Program-made: the position numbers and the translations under genes
Notes under the pieces: model-generated
The model's input: the letters and a program-made list of their open reading frames with translations, nothing else
Told to the model about the DNA's origin: nothing
Databases searched by the model: none
Part shown: piece by piece, positions 18,838 through 27,435 of the stretch
Layout of the letters: every line of letters begins with the position of its first letter
How positions within the stretch are numbered: position 1 is the first letter of the stretch
DNA from: a virus
Taxonomy: Duplodnaviria; Caudoviricetes
Length of the DNA stretch: 39,450 bases
Direction: 5' to 3' (one strand)
Virus record (IMG/VR): IMGVR_UViG_3300042541_000156
Location: 1 to 39,450 of that record

Positions 18838-19193
18838 TCTTCTTCAACCCAACGCAACAGGTGATTAGCTGTACGGTCGAGTGCTGGATACCACATGCTC
18901 TTTGTTTTTACAGTGATTGTCTGATCTGAATCGATTTGGGATCTGTAGACGCTGACGAATTTGTCAAAGTCTTCCTTGTTACGGAAATGAAGATACATGG
19001 TCTTATATGTCTTCTTGTCTTCCTGTTCAAACTCAGGCATTCCAACCCAAAGAGCATCCTTATCATTAGGATTCATATCACCACTATCTTCCGTTTCAAG
19101 AAACTCAGTTAGGGTAGGTTCTCGAGGAAGCTCTACCTTTTTTCCAAGAAAGTTGTCATATTCTGCTGATTCTGCTACAGGTGTCTTAGTCAT
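18834..19193 (-). CDS. Conserved small protein associated with the glycosyltransferase cassette (119 aa)
   Basis: WVGMPEFEQED...HFRNKEDFDKF...ITVKTKSMWYP, a motif I recall from phage genes next to TAGT; ATGA-coupled to the next gene. Confidence 0.6.
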   Translation of the reverse strand: MTKTPVAESAEYDNFLGKKVELPREPTLTEFLETEDSGDMNPNDKDALWVGMPEFEQEDKKTYKTMYLHFRNKEDFDKFVSVYRSQIDSDQTITVKTKSMWYPALDRTANHLLRWVEEE

Positions 19194-19200
19194 TTGTTCC

Positions 19201-20913
19201 TCATACTAGTCTGCTGAAGTTTCGGATCTTCTCAAAGCGATATACCTTATCAAACTTATCTATGAGTTGATCCTGTTTATGGCTTATTATAAACGTATTT
19301 GTATCATCTGTCAAGGTCTTAATTATCTTAAGGAATTCATCTGTGCCATTTGCGTCCAAACTTCCATCTAAGATTTCATCTAGTATCAACAGATTCGTAT
19401 TGACGGAATTTTTCATCTTGGCAATTGTACGCCAAGTAAACATTAGCGCCAAATCAATACGTGTCTTCTCACCTTCCGAGAAGTTCGCATAGGAAAACTC
19501 ATCACGATATCTGGACTTGATTACCTCGTTGAAGTTTTCGTCAATGTTAAAGTTTACAAAGAATCCCATCTGAGCGAGGTATTTATTAACAAGCTTATTG
19601 ATGATTGGAATGTATTGCTTGATGATCTTGGTCTTTATACCGCCATCTTTCAATAGCGCCAGTGCAGTCTCAATGTACTTGCGATCTTCCAACAGTTCAG
19701 TTTTGAGAATGTTGAGATTTTCAATGTTATCAATTGTAGCAGACAATTGTTCTTCACTGTCTTGAACCATCTTGTCTGCATTCTTGATCTTCTCTATTGC
19801 GTCTTCAGTATCATTGACCATTGAGACTAAATGCATCATCGTTTGTTTCTTTGCAGATATATCAGCAGTGATAGCTTGAATGCGCTTTACGTTTTCTTCT
19901 TTCTTGCTAATCTGCACAAGGAGATCATTTGAGTGTAGTTCTGCAAATTCAGCAGCAGATACCAAACTCATGATTTCATCACTCAACTGAAGTACACGTT
20001 TGGAACGAAACGTTTCCTCAATAAGCTGTTTGCATGTTGGACAATTGTCAGTTGTCTTCAACATAGTTTTTTCAGAATCTAATCGTTTGGCATCAGTATC
20101 ATGTTGAGTATACAACTTAATTGCATTGTGAAAGTGAGTCTTCAATTCAGTGAGGTCGTTTACTTCGGTTTGTAATTCTTTACGTTCGTCAACCAAATTC
20201 TCAACAGTTGATATAAGATCACGTTTTTGATCGGTATAATCGTTCAGTTGTTTTTGAAGTTCCAACATACGATCCGCGCTAGTCTTCTTCAAGCCTGCAA
20301 GAGTCTTTTCAATGTAAGATTTCTTATCTTCGTGAGACTGGAGATGAACACGATTATTTTCTAGGTCTTGCTTGTTTACCAATGCCCTCTGCTTCATCAG
20401 TACATTCATTACCGAAAAGATTTGAATATCTAGAAGACCTTCAATGATAGCACGACGATCAGCGGGAGATAACTGCATGAAAGGAACAAAAGATGCAGAA
20501 CCAAGAATGACAATCTGAGTGAATGCCTTGTAGTTCATTTTGAGGATGAACTTCTCAAGGTACTCTTGATAGTCGCGCGAAGCTGAATCCTGATTAATCA
20601 TCGTACCATCTACCCAAATCTCAAAGACATTAGGCTTGATACCACGAATGATTCGATACTCTTTACCGTTTGTATTGAAATCAATCTCCACAACGCAATC
20701 TTTACCGTTCACTGAATTAACCAGTGTCGGCTTATTGATGTTACGGAATGCTTTACCAAAAAGCACAAACGTCATGGCATCCAGAATAGTGGATTTGCCA
20801 TGACCGTTCGCGCCAACAATCAGATTTGTCTTAGATGAAACTAAATCAATCTCAGTAAACATATTACCAGTCGAAAGAAGATTTTTCCAACGAATAGTTT
20901 TAAATGTTAGCAT
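19201..20913 (-). CDS. 46: Recombination endonuclease ATPase subunit (gp46, Rad50/SbcC-like)
   Basis: GANGHGKST, zinc hook CPTC, FSEGEK, LILDE, ISH. Confidence 0.96.
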   Translation of the reverse strand: MLTFKTIRWKNLLSTGNMFTEIDLVSSKTNLIVGANGHGKSTILDAMTFVLFGKAFRNINKPTLVNSVNGKDCVVEIDFNTNGKEYRIIRGIKPNVFEIWVDGTMINQDSASRDYQEYLEKFILKMNYKAFTQIVILGSASFVPFMQLSPADRRAIIEGLLDIQIFSVMNVLMKQRALVNKQDLENNRVHLQSHEDKKSYIEKTLAGLKKTSADRMLELQKQLNDYTDQKRDLISTVENLVDERKELQTEVNDLTELKTHFHNAIKLYTQHDTDAKRLDSEKTMLKTTDNCPTCKQLIEETFRSKRVLQLSDEIMSLVSAAEFAELHSNDLLVQISKKEENVKRIQAITADISAKKQTMMHLVSMVNDTEDAIEKIKNADKMVQDSEEQLSATIDNIENLNILKTELLEDRKYIETALALLKDGGIKTKIIKQYIPIINKLVNKYLAQMGFFVNFNIDENFNEVIKSRYRDEFSYANFSEGEKTRIDLALMFTWRTIAKMKNSVNTNLLILDEILDGSLDANGTDEFLKIIKTLTDDTNTFIISHKQDQLIDKFDKVYRFEKIRNFSRLV

Positions 20914-21101
20914 GGTATACCTAATAGTTGCTTGTATTCTTTAAGACGATATTCAACGTCACCAATCTCAAGAATGATATTCTCTCTACTCTTATCACTC
21001 ATACCGAAACGCTTAACTTTACAAAGTTCCTTTGTGAGTTCGGACATTTCTTCAATCAGACAATCATCCGCTGCGCCTATATGCATATAATCAGGATGCA
21101 T
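20907..21101 (-). CDS. Mini MazG-like NTP pyrophosphohydrolase-fold protein (64 aa)
   Basis: LIEEMSEL...ELCK...ENIILEIGDV (EExxE...ExxD); ATG at 21101 preceded by GGAGA. Confidence 0.6.
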   Translation of the reverse strand: MHPDYMHIGAADDCLIEEMSELTKELCKVKRFGMSDKSRENIILEIGDVEYRLKEYKQLLGIPC

Positions 21102-22179
21102 CAATGTTCTCCAATGAAATAGCTTCCACATACAGATCACGCATGTAATGTTTCATTTTATCAGAATCTACAGGCAAAGTCAAGTTGCTAATGTAGCTGT
21201 CAAGAATAGTAGGAGTATCTTGTGCTTGATCAACAATTTCATCTGGATTGGTATCCGTAAACAGATTTACATCTTCTACGATGGAAATATCTGCAGGACT
21301 TTCTTTATATAACTTGTCCAATAGCATATCGAATGCAAACGGGTTCGTCTTGTTCACACATACGATCTTAACATAACAGTCCTTATACTTGCTGTAATCT
21401 GTAGACTGTATCTTCTGAATGATATCTGGATTCTTTACATCATCATAAGATACCATGTGAAAAATGCTAAAAGGATTACGATGGAAAGTAACTTCCAATG
21501 TTTCTGTATCAAGAACTGAGAAACCTCGAGAATCGTTATAATCACTCCAAATATGCTCAGAAAAAGCACCCAGATAAGTAATGTTATTGCGGTTACTACG
21601 GTGATGATAATGACCACTATAAACGCTGTCGAAGCGGCTAAAAATGCTAGAACTTTGTCCATGATCTGATACCTGTCCTTTGTAGAATTCAAACCCTTCT
21701 AGTTCAAGATGTCCCATTAGAATACTAGAGGTACTATTCCTGATCGCATCAAACGATTCCGCTTCATTGTCTTTTGTGATCCAAGGCATTAAAAGGATCT
21801 CGCAACCATAAACTTCAATCTCTCTTGGTGTTGAGTATGTGGTGATATTGAAATATCTCTCACCAACCAACTCATTAAGAGCGTTGACCTTATATGTATC
21901 CTTATAGTACTCATCATGGTTACCTGCAATAATGTGCAGATTAATTGCACGTTGATGTATAGGTTCCAAAAAGTCTGTGCGAAGACGATGCGCTGTGTTG
22001 ATGTTAATATACTTGCGACGATCAACCAAATCGCCTAGATGAATAATCGTGTCGATATGTTGCTTGTCAATAATCGGAAGAAAGAACTCATCCACACACT
22101 TCTTGAAATAGTCTAAGAAGATTGGGGAATCATTTCTGACTCCCCAGTGAGTATCAGTAATCAATGCTATCTTTGCCAC
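21091..22179 (-). CDS. 47: Recombination endonuclease nuclease subunit (gp47, Mre11/SbcD-like)
   Basis: ITDTHWG, HLGDLVDRR, AGNHD, MGHLE, SGHYH. Confidence 0.96.
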   Translation of the reverse strand: MAKIALITDTHWGVRNDSPIFLDYFKKCVDEFFLPIIDKQHIDTIIHLGDLVDRRKYININTAHRLRTDFLEPIHQRAINLHIIAGNHDEYYKDTYKVNALNELVGERYFNITTYSTPREIEVYGCEILLMPWITKDNEAESFDAIRNSTSSILMGHLELEGFEFYKGQVSDHGQSSSIFSRFDSVYSGHYHHRSNRNNITYLGAFSEHIWSDYNDSRGFSVLDTETLEVTFHRNPFSIFHMVSYDDVKNPDIIQKIQSTDYSKYKDCYVKIVCVNKTNPFAFDMLLDKLYKESPADISIVEDVNLFTDTNPDEIVDQAQDTPTILDSYISNLTLPVDSDKMKHYMRDLYVEAISLENIDAS

Positions 22180-22365
22180 TTATGCCCTCTTTTTCCCTGA
22201 TTTGGAGATGTAGGCTTCATTATCGTACATTTTCACTGCTTTGTCAATAGCATCTTTGATGTTCACTAATCTTTCACGATAGTTTCCACGTAGATGGACA
22301 TTTTCACCTTTATTCAATAGGCTCTTAATCAGATGTTCAATCTGAAACGGCACTTCGTTGCTCAT
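22180..22365 (-). CDS. Hypothetical protein (61 aa)
   Basis: MSNEVPFQIEHLI... with a GAGGA Shine-Dalgarno; lies between gp55 and gp47. Confidence 0.6.
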   Translation of the reverse strand: MSNEVPFQIEHLIKSLLNKGENVHLRGNYRERLVNIKDAIDKAVKMYDNEAYISKSGKKRA

Positions 22366-22945
22366 CTTTTTCTTCCTCATAAAACTTACTAAGACCTTCT
22401 TTGGTCTGTTTACGCTTGATCTTCTTTTCCTCTTCTCTTCGTTCGAACTTGTTCATAAACTCATTGATGTTGTCATACATTTGACTTGGCATCACATGAT
22501 TGTCATCACCGTCAACCAATGCACCTGAGTGACCCTGATTGACAATACTCTCTTGATAATTCTTATATATGATGTATCTGTTCTTCTCTTCCTTGCTAAT
22601 GCGACGAAGGAATGCATAGTATATGATCTGAGTAAAATACGCAAAAGGATTTGGAACATAGTTTGGATTATCATTACCATTGTACTCTGGATTGTAGTCC
22701 TTAAAGTACATAATACAATTCTCAATTCCATCACTGATCATTTCATCACGATATGAGTAGTTAATGAATCTAGGCATGGTAGAAAGTTTGTTAGCAATCT
22801 TCCATATACACTCACCAATATACTCAGGCAAGCGAGGCTCTTCTTTGCCCTCAAGCTTTGCCTGTTCTACTCTCTGTCTATGTCTGATGATTTCGTCGTA
22901 GAATTTCTTATTGTCAACATAATGCACGGTATTTCTCTTCTTCAT
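22337..22945 (-). CDS. 55: Late-transcription sigma factor (gp55)
   Basis: HYVDNKKF, YIGECIWKIA, FINYSYRDEMISDGIENC, NPFAYFTQIIYYAFLRRISKE. Confidence 0.95.
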   Translation of the reverse strand: MKKRNTVHYVDNKKFYDEIIRHRQRVEQAKLEGKEEPRLPEYIGECIWKIANKLSTMPRFINYSYRDEMISDGIENCIMYFKDYNPEYNGNDNPNYVPNPFAYFTQIIYYAFLRRISKEEKNRYIIYKNYQESIVNQGHSGALVDGDDNHVMPSQMYDNINEFMNKFERREEEKKIKRKQTKEGLSKFYEEEKDEQRSAVSD

Positions 22946-22956
22946 TCACTTTTCCC

Positions 22957-22985
22957 TTGACAACCGCTTGACACACTGCTATTAT
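22957..22985 (+). promoter_or_regulatory. Sigma70-type promoter on the non-coding (+) strand, just upstream of gene 55
   Basis: TTGACA(22957)-17 nt-TATTAT(22980) with an extended -10 TG; a second TTGACA at 22968. Confidence 0.6.
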
Positions 22986-23035
22986 GGCTATGCCAGCGAT
23001 GATATGAATAACTTTAAATACTATTAGGTATCAGC

Positions 23036-23458
23036 TTAGTGTAGCTTTCCCTTATCATCTTTACTTTCAAGTAGCTTCTTCAATAGTTCTATTCCCTCAT
23101 CTAAATCATTAGAGTCATCATAAGTTCCTTCATCATTTGAATATCTATCATATTCGACATTATCTTTAGAAGCAGAATTCATGAAATGCTCTACTGAATT
23201 CCAATAGTGAGCAACTAAGCTCTCATCAGGATATGACTTAAAGAGAACTTCTTCCTTTACAATCTCAAAGACTTGCTCAGAACAAATCTTCATGAATACC
23301 CATTGCATGAGTGAAAGAGATATGAACCCTGGTTTACTTCCCTTAAGATAAAGAACTTTGCATGGATTAAGAAGAATGTATGTGGTTGCTGTTTCTTGAA
23401 TCTCAGCAATAATGTCTTCACCATTCTTCAGTCTGAGGAACTGAATATCTGTTTCCAT
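23036..23458 (-). CDS. Conserved T4-like hypothetical protein, possibly Sm-like fold (140 aa)
   Basis: LRLKNGEDIIAEI...LLNP; usual position between uvsW and gp55. Confidence 0.7.
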   Translation of the reverse strand: METDIQFLRLKNGEDIIAEIQETATTYILLNPCKVLYLKGSKPGFISLSLMQWVFMKICSEQVFEIVKEEVLFKSYPDESLVAHYWNSVEHFMNSASKDNVEYDRYSNDEGTYDDSNDLDEGIELLKKLLESKDDKGKLH

Positions 23459-23470
23459 AATATTAACCTT

Positions 23471-24949
23471 TCATTTCAATTCTATTTTGTAGATTTTGTA
23501 TGAGAACTGTTCCTCTGTATATACCTTGATGCGTTCTGCAAAATGTTTAAGAGTATAGTTTTCGTGCTTCTTATATCGCATGTCATCTGCAATATCGAAC
23601 AACTGTGCTGATTCTTTTGTATCGCTCTTTCTTAGTCCGCGTCCAATAGACTGTAGGTTTCTTATCCGAGACTTAGACGGACTAGCAAATATAATGTTAT
23701 GTAGATTTCTAATATTGATTCCAGTACTAAAAGTACCAAAACTAGCCACAATAATAGCGTTTGTTTCTGACTCAACGATCTTACGAACTTCTTCACGTAT
23801 GTCCACATTTGTTTCACCACTTACGAAAAACACTTTTCTATCTGATCCAACTTTCTTGGAGATAATGTCATGGAGTATTCTTCCATGTTTGTCAACGTAC
23901 TGGAATAAGACGAGGGTATTTCCGTCGAGAGATACTGCGAGGTTACTAATAAATCTGTTACGGGACTCATTAAGAACAAGGTATTCAATTTCTTGCTGAT
24001 AGGTAAAAGTCTTACTTGCCTGACAGATTGATTCACCATGCCTGAGAAGAAGACACTTGATCTTGAACTCAGCCAAGTGTTTTGCATCCATAAGCTCTTT
24101 TGTGGTAATAACTTTTCTAACTGATCCAAAAAGACCTTCAAGAACGAGACGATGGGTTTTGGTGCCGTCAAGGGTGCCGGTGGTACCAATTCTAAAACTA
24201 GCATTTGATAGTCCTGTCATAATGTCTGTTAGAGATTTTGCTTTGAATAGATGAGCTTCATCACCGATTACAAAATCAAATTGCGCGAACCACTTCTTAG
24301 GCATCTTGTAAAGAGACTGCCAAGTTGAAATCGTCAGGAACTTGTTTGTATCCTTGTCCTGACCCTGATAAACTTTATGTATGTTATCACTAACATTCCA
24401 ACCATTCGTTTCAGAGTATTCTTTAAAATCACTAGTCAACTGTTCCACTAAAGAGACAGTTGGTACAATGATCAGCCCCCTCTTTAGTCCTCTATACCTG
24501 AGAAAATGACATAGAAGATAAATAATAAGAGACTTACCACTTGCAGTGGGGCTAAGTAATAAACTACGTCTTGTACGAATGGCATGAACGAATGCATCCA
24601 ACTGATAGTCTCTTGGAACATGTTTCGGCCTTAATTTTTCTACAAACTCGTTTGCTTCCGCTAACGAGAATTCTTCGTCGTAGTCTTCATTCTCATATTC
24701 CCAATCGTAGTTGCGTTCTTCACAAAACTTCGCAACATATGGTACAAGTCCACGATACAACTGCTTTGATCTAACATCAAACAATCGTATTTTTCCATCC
24801 CAAAGTCTAGCCTTATACTGAGGCGTAAACTGATAACCAGGCACTTGAAACGTGAATGCTTCTCTTAGTTCGTATGCAACACCATCATCACATACAATGA
24901 CTACAAAAGCTTCATTCACGTTTCTTATTATAACTTTATTTTCCACCAA
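23471..24949 (-). CDS. uvsW: UvsW SF2 helicase
   Basis: WDGKIRLF, PRDYQ, SPTASGKS, GDEAH, QSIGRGLR. Confidence 0.96.
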   Translation of the reverse strand: MVENKVIIRNVNEAFVVIVCDDGVAYELREAFTFQVPGYQFTPQYKARLWDGKIRLFDVRSKQLYRGLVPYVAKFCEERNYDWEYENEDYDEEFSLAEANEFVEKLRPKHVPRDYQLDAFVHAIRTRRSLLLSPTASGKSLIIYLLCHFLRYRGLKRGLIIVPTVSLVEQLTSDFKEYSETNGWNVSDNIHKVYQGQDKDTNKFLTISTWQSLYKMPKKWFAQFDFVIGDEAHLFKAKSLTDIMTGLSNASFRIGTTGTLDGTKTHRLVLEGLFGSVRKVITTKELMDAKHLAEFKIKCLLLRHGESICQASKTFTYQQEIEYLVLNESRNRFISNLAVSLDGNTLVLFQYVDKHGRILHDIISKKVGSDRKVFFVSGETNVDIREEVRKIVESETNAIIVASFGTFSTGINIRNLHNIIFASPSKSRIRNLQSIGRGLRKSDTKESAQLFDIADDMRYKKHENYTLKHFAERIKVYTEEQFSYKIYKIELK

Positions 24950-25397
24950 TAAATCGTTCCCAATCCATGTATGACTTCAATTGAAAAGTCCTGTTATTCA
25001 ATTCTTTAAGAACTGACTTACAGAAATCAACAATCTCTTCATGCATTACCTTTTTCAACAGTATGTTATTTAGTTCAGTATCAGAATCAAGCCAATGCTG
25101 AAGATCAGCCCTCATGACCTTCTTTGTCATAGGTTCAAGACCGTATCTCTCTAGGTCTTCAGGATTGTTCAGATCACCATTATAGTAATCCCACTTGATC
25201 TTGCGTCTTGTGTTATATTCTGCTTGAAGTTTCTTGACGATCAGATTGTGATGTGTCGTAATACGCAAATACTTCGAATGAAGTTTAGGAATATTTGCAA
25301 CAGCTTTATGCGGATCAGTTTCATCCCAACCTGCATCTTTAATCCATTCTTCAGTTAGGGCGTCAATAGTTACCGGCGGTTTCATCCACTGCTCCAT
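24936..25397 (-). CDS. uvsY: UvsY recombination mediator
   Basis: IPKLHSKYL, KWDYYNG, LNNRTFQLKSYMDWERF; lies upstream of uvsW; may start at the second Met (25385). Confidence 0.88.
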   Translation of the reverse strand: MEQWMKPPVTIDALTEEWIKDAGWDETDPHKAVANIPKLHSKYLRITTHHNLIVKKLQAEYNTRRKIKWDYYNGDLNNPEDLERYGLEPMTKKVMRADLQHWLDSDTELNNILLKKVMHEEIVDFCKSVLKELNNRTFQLKSYMDWERFIGGK

Positions 25398-25411
25398 AAA
25401 AAATAATTATT

Positions 25412-25440
25412 AGTATAGACGGAATTTAGGAACGTGTCAA
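25412..25440 (-). promoter_or_regulatory. Sigma70-type promoter for uvsY-uvsW
   Basis: TTGACA-17 nt-TATACT. Confidence 0.82.
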
Positions 25441-25443
25441 GTA

Positions 25444-25962
25444 CTAAAGACGTTGAACTTCGAAATAATCATATGAGAATGCCATGTCCAAAGTGATAGT
25501 TTGTTCCGCAGTTTGTGTGGTATCAAAGATTAGCTGACCCATAGATGTAGGGTGTACATTGTAAAACTTGATTCTCATTAATGCTATATTAGAGTTCGTA
25601 TTGATGGTTAGAATGCCATCATAGTACTTGCTGAATGGAATACCTTTACGTTTTCCATATTCTTCATACGTTGTTGGCTTTGTTAACGATTTTAGCCATT
25701 CAAGAGTTTCTTCCCATACCCGTAGGTCTTCATCAACTAGAACAGACATAGACAGATCACTCCAACGTAGAGTATCTCCGTGTCTTTTAGTGACTGAAAA
25801 TGGTGTAGGAACTTCCACAGCGGAAGTTGAAACGTCAGGTAAATTTACAGTCTGACAGAAGTATTTGGCAAAAGGAAGATCAGGAATAACAAATGAATAC
25901 TTCGTAGGTTGAAGCAAGTTGCTATTTTCTGGTATTCTTGTAATGAGTGTTTCTTTTGACAT
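25444..25962 (-). CDS. 3: Tail tube terminator / completion protein (gp3-like)
   Basis: NLLQPTKYSF, YFCQTVNLP, LVDEDLRVWEE, FSYDYF; follows gp23. Confidence 0.85.
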   Translation of the reverse strand: MSKETLITRIPENSNLLQPTKYSFVIPDLPFAKYFCQTVNLPDVSTSAVEVPTPFSVTKRHGDTLRWSDLSMSVLVDEDLRVWEETLEWLKSLTKPTTYEEYGKRKGIPFSKYYDGILTINTNSNIALMRIKFYNVHPTSMGQLIFDTTQTAEQTITLDMAFSYDYFEVQRL

Positions 25963-25978
25963 TGTTACCTCTTTTGAT

Positions 25979-25986
25979 TATTTATG
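25979..25986 (-). promoter_or_regulatory. Late promoter (CATAAATA) for gene 3
   Basis: TAAATA core in an intergenic position, just after the gp23 terminator. Confidence 0.7.
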
Positions 25987-25987
25987 C

Positions 25988-26014
25988 AAAAGAAAAGGGC
26001 AGCCGAAGCTGCCC
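25988..26014 (-). terminator. Rho-independent terminator after gene 23
   Basis: GGGCAGC-TTCG-GCTGCCC-TTTTCTTTT, with the C(UUCG)G loop typical of T4. Confidence 0.92.
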
Positions 26015-26047
26015 AAGTCTGAGTTTCGTTTCTTGTTATAAACAAGA

Positions 26048-27397
26048 TTACATAAGGTTACGAACGCGGAAGATGCGGTAGTACTGGTTAGCGCGTGCCG
26101 TAGCAGCGATAGTTGCAGCAGCATCAGCATCAGCGATAGCATCTAGACCCTTAGCGAATGGATTGGCTACCATGCCGTAACGTGTCTTGAAGCCGATCTT
26201 TGGCTGGAAGTTATCCTGGCCAATAGCGCGAACCATCTGAAGAGGAACGTATGGGCAGTAGAACAAGCCGGCGTCATAAGGTGAAGTACCCTTATAACCA
26301 ACGCAAACTAGTTCGTCGCCGTTTGCTGAACCACCGAAGTAAGGGTCGATGTAGACCTTTACGCGGCCGTGCATTGTACCAGCGTATGTGTTGCCTGTAT
26401 CGTCAACTTCAAGGTTAACATTTAGAGCAGGTGTGTAGTCGAGAACACCAGCCATAGCGAGAGCAGAAGCAACATCTGAAGAAACGATCATGATGTTACC
26501 CTTACCGCGACGAGTACCCTTAGCAATTGCATTGCACTCGCGTTCGATTTGGAATACAAGACCCTTGAACTTTTCAACTGACCAACGGCCGTTTGAGTCT
26601 GTGTCAAGGTCGAATGTACCAGCAGTTGTCGTGCCGTACTGAGCGCCAACAACAGCAGAGTTATAAACTGTGCGGATAAGTTCGCGGTTGATTTCAGCAA
26701 GAATTTCTGTTGACAGAATGTTAGCAAGTTCTGTCTCAGCGTCTAGACCGTGAACAGCCTTAAGATCCTGAGCAAGTTCCATTGTGTATTCTGCCTTGAG
26801 CGCGCGTGAACGTGCTGTAACAGTTAGCTTCTCAATTGAGAAAGCCATTTCAGCGAAAGCATTGTTACCTGCATCGCCTAGAGCTTCCGCCTGAGCAGTT
26901 GACATACCAATGCCAGTTGTGTAAGCACCTGTATTAGCTGTGTTAGAAACAGGGTTTGAACCAACGTTGGTACCAACTGAAGATGTGTTACCAGCAGCAT
27001 TCGAAGCAGAATACTTGGTATCAGCTTCGTTGAAGAATGATTCTGTCCAATCTGTCTTTGTCTTTGAGTTGTTTGTGTACTTGGAACGCATAGCGAAGAT
27101 CAAGCCAGTTGGGCCTGTCATTGGCTGAACGCCAGCAATGTCGTGAGCCATTAGCTTTGGTAGTGAACGACGAACCAATGAGATAAGAATTGGATCGTAG
27201 TTAGATACTGCACCACCAGAAACTGAGTTAGTTGGTGCTGACTCGTTGATCATACGAGATTCTTCAGCCATTGCCTTTTCCTGGTTCTCAAGAATAACGG
27301 CAGTTACGGCACGCTTGTAAGCATTGCCAATCTTTGGTAGACCGTCGTGGTCAAGAACTGGAGACCACTTCTGTTCTAGTTGTTCGGTTAAAAACAT
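26048..27397 (-). CDS. 23: Major capsid protein (gp23)
   Basis: DPILISLVRR, GVQPMTGPTGLIFAMR, SRALKAEYTMELAQDLKAVHGLDAE, FQPKIGFKTRYG. Confidence 0.98.
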   Translation of the reverse strand: MFLTEQLEQKWSPVLDHDGLPKIGNAYKRAVTAVILENQEKAMAEESRMINESAPTNSVSGGAVSNYDPILISLVRRSLPKLMAHDIAGVQPMTGPTGLIFAMRSKYTNNSKTKTDWTESFFNEADTKYSASNAAGNTSSVGTNVGSNPVSNTANTGAYTTGIGMSTAQAEALGDAGNNAFAEMAFSIEKLTVTARSRALKAEYTMELAQDLKAVHGLDAETELANILSTEILAEINRELIRTVYNSAVVGAQYGTTTAGTFDLDTDSNGRWSVEKFKGLVFQIERECNAIAKGTRRGKGNIMIVSSDVASALAMAGVLDYTPALNVNLEVDDTGNTYAGTMHGRVKVYIDPYFGGSANGDELVCVGYKGTSPYDAGLFYCPYVPLQMVRAIGQDNFQPKIGFKTRYGMVANPFAKGLDAIADADAAATIAATARANQYYRIFRVRNLM

Positions 27398-27423
27398 TTC
27401 TTTCTCCTTTTGAGATTCTATAT

Positions 27424-27431
27424 TATTTAGT
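27424..27431 (-). promoter_or_regulatory. Late promoter (ACTAAATA) for gene 23
   Basis: Intergenic TAAATA core upstream of an AAGGAG Shine-Dalgarno. Confidence 0.75.
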
Positions 27432-27435
27432 TTTT

